Assembly: GCA_049643885.1 (NCBI GenBank)
Contig: JBARQV010000033.1
Location: 11,229-75,228 of the forward strand
Source: Candidatus Omnitrophota bacterium
GTDB lineage: Bacteria; Omnitrophota; Gorgyraeia; Tantalellales; Tantalellaceae
Direction: 5' to 3'
DNA: 64,000 nucleotides
Shown here: positions 9,061-18,000 of the stretch, one piece after another
Numbering within the stretch: the first letter of the stretch is position 1
How the letters are laid out: the number at the start of each line of letters is the position of its first letter
Position numbers and translations under genes: made by a program
Notes under the pieces: model-generated
Told to the model about the DNA's origin: nothing
The model's input: only the letters and a program-made list of their open reading frames with translations
Database searches by the model: none

Positions 9061-12000
9061 ATGAATTGGCTTAAGAGGGTTCACAGGGATCAAGAGATCA
9101 AGAAGCTCTTCAGCTTCCAGAGGCGGAGTCTAGCCCTTAAAGCCTGTTCAGTTATCACCTCGGTCGCGTTTTTCTTTAATATTCTTTCTTACGATATCGC
9201 CCTTTCGGGCCCCCTCCAGAAAAAACAACCGGCTACGGAAGGGCAAGCCTGGGCCATACGAGTTCCGCCGGAGTCTTCTCACGTCGGCTCCGGTGTGAAC
9301 TCAGGCCCGGGCACTCCCCAAAAGCTTACCATCAAAGGCTTTACACTGCCCGAATATCTTGGTGTGGTGACCGACAGGTTCAGTCCCCCGGCGAAGGAAC
9401 CTGATAAGATAGTGGTTTTGATACAGGACGCGCATTGTAACTATGCGGCCCAGAAAAAGATCGCCGAGATCGTCCGGCATTTCAACAAGCTCTACCGCGT
9501 GCGCGTCGTCAACATGGAAGGAGGTAAGGGCGATTATAACCTTTCGATATTCCTGGATATAGGCGACAAGAAGGTCAGGGAAGAGGTATCCGATTACTTT
9601 GTGAAAGAGGGGCAGATAAGCGGCGCTGAATACTTCGCCATAAACGATCCTTTCAGGGCCTACTTATGGGGAGTGGAAACCTCTGAACTTTACCTGGAGA
9701 ACCTTAAAGTTTACAGGGAGTCCCTTGGATACAGAGGTGAAGTCGAGTATTTCCTGGATTCGCTTACCTATATTTTGAACAATCTTAAGCGGCACATTTA
9801 TTCGAAGGAACTCTTGGATTTTGACAACGAATATTCCCGGTATAAGGCCGGCGATATCAAATTCAAGGATTACGTGAATTACCTTTTAAGCGTGGCCAAG
9901 GAGAAAAAGGTATATATCAAGAATCTCCTGCACCTGTATTTGTTATATCACTCGATAGCATGGGAAGGGGAAATAGATTTCAAGAGAGCGGATCATGAAA
10001 GGGATATCTTGATCAGCAGGCTTGAAGGCGTTCTGTCCGGGAAGGAGATGGACGAGCTTATCAACAAGACCGTAGAGTTCAGGAACAAGAGGCTTTCGCA
10101 GACCGAATTCTACGGGTATCTCCTGAAGAAGGCGGAGGAAGTGAAGCTCGACCTGGCCGATTTCCCGGAGTTCAAAAAATACCTCGGTTATATTTTCCTC
10201 TATCATGTCGTGGACAGGGCAAAAGTAATGGAGGAGATAGGCATTCTCGAAAACGCTATAAAAGGATCTCTTTACGAGAACGATAAACAGAAGGAGCTAG
10301 ACCTTCTTTCCAAGCATTTGACTCTTACAAAGAACTTTTTCGACGCCACTTTGACAAGAAGCGATTACGAATATTACGAACAGAACAAATTAGCGTTTGA
10401 AACACAGAATTACATTTCGTTTATAGAAAAAGAAGCCCCAAAGTACAAAATAACCGCCCAACTGCCTTCTGATATACAAAATCTTGATTTTCGTATGGCC
10501 GAAATGGACAAGTTCTACGAATACTCGTTCAAGAGGGACCTCGCCTTCCTCGACAACATAAAATTTAATGCGACTGAATCTCCAACATCCAACATCCAAC
10601 AACCAACATCTATTTTGATTACCGGCGGTTTCCACGCCGAAAATCTCTGTAAGTTGTTTAAAGAAAATGATATAGCATATATATGCATAATGCCGAATTT
10701 TACGAGCGAAGAAGGTTATGTTTGCCCGTATTTCGACCTCTTGGCGGGTGAAAGACCTCAAGTTGAAATGATGATCAGCGATATCATGGGCTATTCACTT
10801 GCTATAGCGAGCATACTCAGCCAGCTGGGGCCGGACGTGTATGATGAAAACGCTCGCAGGATATTCGGGCTTCATGTTCAGTGGAAACGCGCTGTGGCGG
10901 AAGGAAAAGGCGGCCTCGCGATCATGGCAGAGGATGGGAGATTCCTCGGCGCGGTCAATGCCAGGGGAGAGATCGTCCCTGAAGACAGGTCAAAAGGCTT
11001 TGAAGTGGCGCGGGTTCCGGCAGTTGTCCCGGCTATCGCTCCGGCAACTCCCGAATTGGTGGATCTATTCGGGAACTGGTTCGATCTGAATCTGGAACTT
11101 GATTATTTTAGCGGAGAGTTTGAAAGAGGTGAGGCGAAAGGGCTGGCGGCGATACAGGAAGGGGTGCAGGCCGAAAGAGGCATGTATCCCAAAGAAGAAA
11201 TAGAAGGCGGCGATTTCTATTTTGACCTGGAAGCCTTCTCTTATTTTTCAAGGGGACTTATCGACAAAGCCACTTTAGCGGAAGTCATGAGGCCTTACAG
11301 CGATAAGCTGCCCGGCCAGATAAATGTTATAGTCGTGGACAAAGGACCAAAGGCCGTAGCCAGATACGGGAACACTATAGCGATAAACCGCGCCGTGTTC
11401 GAGCTTACGCGCGGCGTCTCTCCCGTTATCCGCAATTTGATCACTATGAAACTCCTGGACACGGCCCTGAGGGCAAGCAGCGAGACCGGTATCAGGGAAG
11501 GAGAGGATCTGGGTATTTCGCTTGCAGACCTGAGAAGGGTCGGGAGCCGCGAGAAACCGGACAGGATAATGGAAGTCATACGCCAGGTATTCTCTCCAGA
11601 GTCAAAACTCGCTTCCGACGAACAGGAAGAAAATCTGATCCTGGCTTACGATTATGACCAAAAATATATTGCTCAAGGCAGTTTCAACGAAGAGATACTG
11701 AAACAGGCCATTAAAAGAGGTTTCACCACGGTCATAGTTAGATTTTTGGAAGGCGACGTCATAGGAGGACAGGTCGAGGTCATATTCGCGAACAAGTCGG
11801 ACGTGCTAGTGGAACGGATAGATATGCTTCCCGAGAATATGGATGTTCTTTTCTCGGCCGTCGGCGAGAACATGGAACCGGGCTCCGTATGGCGCTTCAC
11901 GCGGCGTTTCCTGACATACGATATTAAACGACGAGCGTTTCTCGCAAAAGAACGCCCCAGGATAATGACCTACGAATTGGAGAGAAAACTTGAAGTGTAT

Positions 12001-15000
12001 CGCGAGAGGATCGGCGACAGGGAGCTTGAAGGGCGGAATTTCGGGTATGAATACAAGATAGAACGTGACGAAGCGAGCCCTCTTGGCAGGAAGGTAAGGA
12101 TAGACCTGACAGAGAACCCCCCGGAAGGGTTTGAGAGCGCGAGGCCTGTGATCAAGGCGAAAAAATATACTTACGAGGACATCTATGAATATTTTAATTT
12201 TTATCACAAATACTGGATGCCCAAAGAAGGACACGGTGATTGGGAGCTTAGCAGGTTCCTGAGGGAGATAGTGGCCAGTGACCTCACTCCTGAAGAGAAG
12301 CGCGAAAAGATACTGGGGTTCTTCGAAGAGTTGACCCAGGGGCAGATGTATATGGATGGCAAGGGCGTGCCGGCGCCTGATAAAGACCCGCTTGAGCTCA
12401 TCAACGGGGAGATAAGGGGCACCCCGGGACGGCTTCCCTTTGAGGAAAGGCTTCTAGCAATGCTCAAATCGCCCCCCGAAGTGCCCCCTGTCACAAGACT
12501 GGCACCTGGTAAAGGTGTCCTGGATATTGTCGCAAGGGGTGTTTTCAAGGTAACCGATCCCTTTATGGCCAGGGAAGATGCTGAAGATCTTGTCGTTCCT
12601 GTTGTTGAGGAAGGTATTATGTTTCTCGCGCTTGCGCCGTATTTATGGGGCGGCGCGCCGTCTTTGGTCGTTCTTTTTGGGGCAGTACTTTATTTTCTTT
12701 TGAGGGCAGGGTTTATTGCGGCTCACGCGCTGCAGGACAGGGCGCCCCCGGGGAGAAGAAGGACGATCTTTGAACGAATTATCATCCCCGCCCTTATATC
12801 TGTTCCCGCTTTCTCACTTCCTGTTCTGGCATTATTAGGAGCTTCTCCCATAGCCCTTGGCATTGTTGCGGGCGCGGTGACACTTTTACATATGGCCGCG
12901 AACCGCTATGTTACTTTTGCAGGCTCAAAGTTACAGAAGGCTGTTCTTGGAAGAAAGGTCGAGCGGTATATCGGAGAGACGGGGACAGATGTCGAAAGGT
13001 TTAAGGTAGACATCGGGGATGACAGGGAATCGTTACAAAAGTTTATGAAGAAAGTAAAAAGTGTTTTTATGACCGAAAGGGAGGTCGCATCATTGCAAAA
13101 CGTTCTGGCGCACGGGGAGGATTCGCTTGAAAAAATGGGGAGAGTGGGCAAACTTTGGCAGGCCGTGCGTTACGGGAACGTGAGGCAGAAAAAAGCCGAT
13201 TTTCTTAGAGGATTCCTGGAAGAAATAAACAGCACCGGGACCTTTAGTGTAGGAAGGACCGAAACTTTAGAACCAAGAAGCGTAACAAGGACCAAGAGTG
13301 ACATGGAAATGATCGAAGAACAGCGTAAGGTATACGTGGAAGGAGTGGAAGAAATATTCAAGCGCGTAGAATCGGGCCAGGAATATGATACCGGGGAACT
13401 GGCTGGGTTATTCGACAGGATCATACTCAATGTCCTGACACAGTTCGGTATAAAGGATGACGTTATGGTGGTAGGCCTCGGGAGTTACGGTAGAGGAGTC
13501 GTCCCGATAGGGTCGGATTGTGATGCCGTGTTCATAGTAAGAGGCGCCTTTCCCGGGCTTGTAAAAAAAGATATACAGGAAAGGGTGGTCTGGATACTGG
13601 AACAGATCGGCCTGGACGTCGATCCGGGAGCTCTCCTGCCCGGGGACCTGAAAGATTGGCCTACCATGGACCAGCTCAGGGCGGCATTCGATGAAGGGGT
13701 CGAAAGCGGGGAGCTTGTGGGTATAAATATGCTGTTCCTCGCGGATAACAGGCTTGTTTCGGATGCCGATGAAAAGTCGATACCGGAGTTCGGGGAATAT
13801 TGCAGGATGAGAGACGAAATAATCACCGGGAAGCACCCGGCATTTATCGCTCACCTTGTCCTGGAAATAGCGAATTTCCTGAGGATAACCGGCGGAACAA
13901 CTCCGGAAGCGGCGGGACCTTCAGCGGGCCTTATAGATATATATTACAGGTACGGGGATGATAAAGAAAGAATCATGCAGGAGATCGGCAAGAAGATAAA
14001 ATCTTTATATACAGTTGAGGATGGCGAGCTGAGACTAAGCCCCTTGGGCGAAAGTGAAATACTCCGCGACATCAGACAATTCAACGTTAAACAGGATTCC
14101 GGCGGCATGAGGAGCCTTGACTTTGTTTTATGGACAGGGAGGGTCTTGAGCGGGGTGAACGACCCCGATCCTTACAAGATCATTGAGCAGTTGTCCGCCG
14201 AGTACGCGACCGGCGAAGAAAAAGAAATATTGAGGGAAACAATGGATTATTTCATCAAGTTAAGGTCCGTTATTAATTATATCTCCTCTTTGGAAAAGGC
14301 CGAGGGGACTCCCGAGTTCATCGAACATGACACTATAGATTTCAACGATATCAGCAGCATTGAGCAGATCGTCAAAGTCATGGAACCGCAGAACGAGCTG
14401 GTGCGGAAGATCATGTCATTAGAAGGACAGGAACAGGATATAGAATCCGAACTGAGGAAACTAAGCACTATAGATACCGAGGATGTAGAGGAGAAAAGAA
14501 GATTATCGGGAGAGAGGCGGTCAGTTCGGGGAGAATTGTTGAAATCACGCAAAGAATTGGCAGGTGAGTTCCGGGGAAAGGTCAATTCCATGAGGGGTAA
14601 AATAGCGGCAATCGGTTTAAAGGCACTGGATAAATATCTTGTAAGCTTTATAAGGGAAGGCAAGATAAGGGATGAAGACGCTTTGTACGTGATGGTCCCC
14701 ATCGGCCAAAGGGCTCTTCTTGACCTGAAAAGAGAACTGAAACACCGGGGAGAGTATAGAAAAGACCTTGCCAGGGTAATGCGCGAGCGATATCGCGCTT
14801 CACGGGCTGATCTCGGCAAAGGCGTCCTGGGATTTATCGCGGCAGGTGTTTACAAATTTACTGATACCGTCATGGACCTTTTTGGCCGTGAAAAGACGCC
14901 CGGCTACAGGGCTTTTGTCGAAGATTATTTTATTCCCGTTATAGAAGAAGGCGCGATGTTCCTCGTTCTACGCTCCTGGGGGACGTTGCCGTATTTTCTC

Positions 15001-18000
15001 ATCCGGCCTGGGTTCATACTGGCTCACGCGTTCCAGGACAGAGCTCCTCCCGGGAGAAGAAGGACGATCTTCGAACGGATCATCATCCCCGCCCTTATAT
15101 CAGTTCCTGCCTTTTCACTTCCTATTCTCGCGCTTTTGGGAGCATCGCCTGTAGTACTTGGAGTTGTCGTAGGTGCGGTGACACTTTTACACATGGCCGC
15201 CAACCGCTTTGTAACTCTAACAGGTTCCAGACTCCAGAAAGCCGTTCTGGGAAAGAAGTTTGTCCAGCCTCCCGTGAGAAAGGCCAGGATCATTTCAATA
15301 AGAGGAGAAAAGGTTTCAGATACGTATCCTGTTGTGCCTGTAACTGTTCGCGAGGAAGCGGAACCGGTGCCCGGAGTCGAATTTATAGCGACGGAGGAGA
15401 TACTCGATGAACTGATGACCGATTATCCCGAAAGGATCCTCAGAGACCGCGGGATGGACGCCGAACAATATTCAAGGCTCGCTGAAACAGCCGTTGTCAC
15501 GAACAAAAAACCGATCAAAGTCGATCCCAGCGGGAGGGAATGGATAGGTGAGCGGTATATCATCGGGCGGACCCCGTCGGGCGAGGATATTGAACTTGGC
15601 AGAGGCGGCGTAGCTGTTGTTTATTATGGCCTTGATACTCAAAGTGGAGATGAGATCGTTTTAAAGGTTCCTGAAGAAGAAAGAGCTGTTCCCGGTAAAG
15701 AAAAATTACCGTTTGAACTTAAGAAAATGTCATTATTACGCGAGGCGGCATTCATAGAATACGTGAAGGAGCAGGAAAAACAAGGCCGTGTGGATCTTGA
15801 GGGCGGGGTGGTAGATTTACGCGACGCAGGGGTCTACAGGGGGGCGTACCTTGATGATAAGGGGCGTCCGACCGGGAAGGAATACACCAATTATTATATA
15901 GCAATGGGTTACGTTCATGGTTTGACGCTGGGGGATCTTTTGAACCAGCGCGGTCCACTTGCGGAAGACGAAGCCAGGGCTCTTTTTGAAAGGGTATACG
16001 ATACAACAAGAAAACTCCACAAGATAGGCGTGATCCATATGGACATAAAATCGGATAACATCTTCATTCCTCTGGTCAACGGCAAGCTTGAGTTCGGGAA
16101 AGCCGTGCTGGGAGATTTCGGCTTTTCGATAAAAGTCGATAATGTCGATGGCCAGTATGTTCACGATTTCACGTACGGGACTGAAGGGTACGTACCGCCG
16201 GAGGGGGGCGTAGGTGTATTTTCAGGGAGGAACGACATGTACGCCCTGGGCATGACGCTTTATGAAATGATGACCGGCACGGTAATCGAAGATGGCGTCA
16301 AGGCGGAATTCACGCCCGACATGGAAAGTGCGCTTCCCGCCGATCTGGTCGCTGTTGTCAGATTGTTGACACAGGAAAACTGGGAAGAGTCGTCAGTTCT
16401 GGCGGAAGGCGTAACCGGGATATTGGAGAGAGGAAAAGTCGCCATAGCGGACGATGTCGTTCTTGAGGATTTTGAAGGGTTTGAACTCGAGGACATGGTC
16501 TTAAAGCTCATGAAGCCCGGTCAGAAATACTCAAGGGAGGAATTTAAAGCCGAGGTAGAGAAACTCAAGTTATTTTTAACGCGTGCGATAGGGGTCAATC
16601 TCCGGCAGATGGCCGGTGATATTTCGGAAGCGAAGTTCGGCGCCGGCAAGCGCGACGGATTCAAACGTTTCATCGTTAAAAAGATCCGGCATGCCGGGCG
16701 CGGCGATTACAAGCACGCGTTAAGGGTCGAGGCTGATACCGACCAAGGCCGGCAGGTCTTCGCGGTCAAGTTCCTGAAGCCCAAAAGGCCCGAGTATACT
16801 TTTGAGGGTTTTAAGAAAATGATAAAAACAGAATACGAAAATAGCAGGAGATTAAGTGAAACGGGTTTAGCGGCGGATTATTACGGGGAACCTTATTATG
16901 TCGGTGAACGGTTCGATGAAAAGTTCTCAAAAGGATTAGAAGAGCATGGCATCCTGGGCTTGCTTGTGGGTGAATATGTGGAAGGTACGCCTGTCAGTGA
17001 GATATACGAAAGAGATGAAAGGAAAGAAGCGTATCGCGGATTAGTGAAAGCCACGGTCCGTCTCTGGCTAGAGACTTATGATCCTGAAACGCAGGCCGGT
17101 CTTGTTTTGTATGACCTTGCCGGGAGGAATTATGTGCTTGAGGATGGAACGGGCAGAATAAAGACCATAGATCCCGCGTTTTTGGATCCGTTCAATGTTG
17201 ATTACCTGAGAGACATGATAAGCGCTCTTCTCATAGCGGAATTGGCCATGGAAAAAGAAGGTATAAGGTTCGACGCGATGCCGGGCGGCGCGGACGAGAT
17301 GTATTTCCTTTCGGCGATACCGGAGGAGATAAATGATTACCTGAGGGAAAAAGGCGATAGTTTGGACGAAAGGAAAAAGAGGGCCGTCATGGAGCTTCGT
17401 GGAGCCGAGGCGTTAAGGGACATCCAGGTAGCCGTTGAGGAAAAGATCGACCTACAAAAAGCTATTGCTGACGCGTCAGGCAGAGGCGATGTGATACGGA
17501 TGGCCGAGCTAAGCGACGGAAAAGAACTGGAAATACATGACGCTAAAGCGTTAGTGCGGGACGATGAGGAGATGTTCAAAGAACTTCTGGCGGCGGTCCA
17601 GAAGGTTGTAGCTTCTTCTTTCGGGCCTTCAAAAGCATACGGGCTTGCGGCTGAGTTGAGGATAAAGCAGATCCTCCAGGAGAACGAGGTGATGATAGCC
17701 GTTGTGGGTAACGAAGTGATCGGCTTTCTGGCATATCAGTTCAAGCCCGGGGAAGCCCGGAGTATTTTAGACTGGTTTGCCGTGATGCAGGAGCATCAGG
17801 GCAAAGGCATCGGCTCGAGGATGATGGACGAATTCATGGAGGTGTCACTGAAAGCCCGCGAGACCGGCATCGAAAAGGCCTGGTGGCATTCATGGGACGA
17901 AAAGTCAGACGATTTTTATATTGGATATTTTAGAAAAAAAGGAATAAAACCTGAACAGGTCGGACGTAATTTTACTCTTGGACTGGATGCAGTTGGCGCG

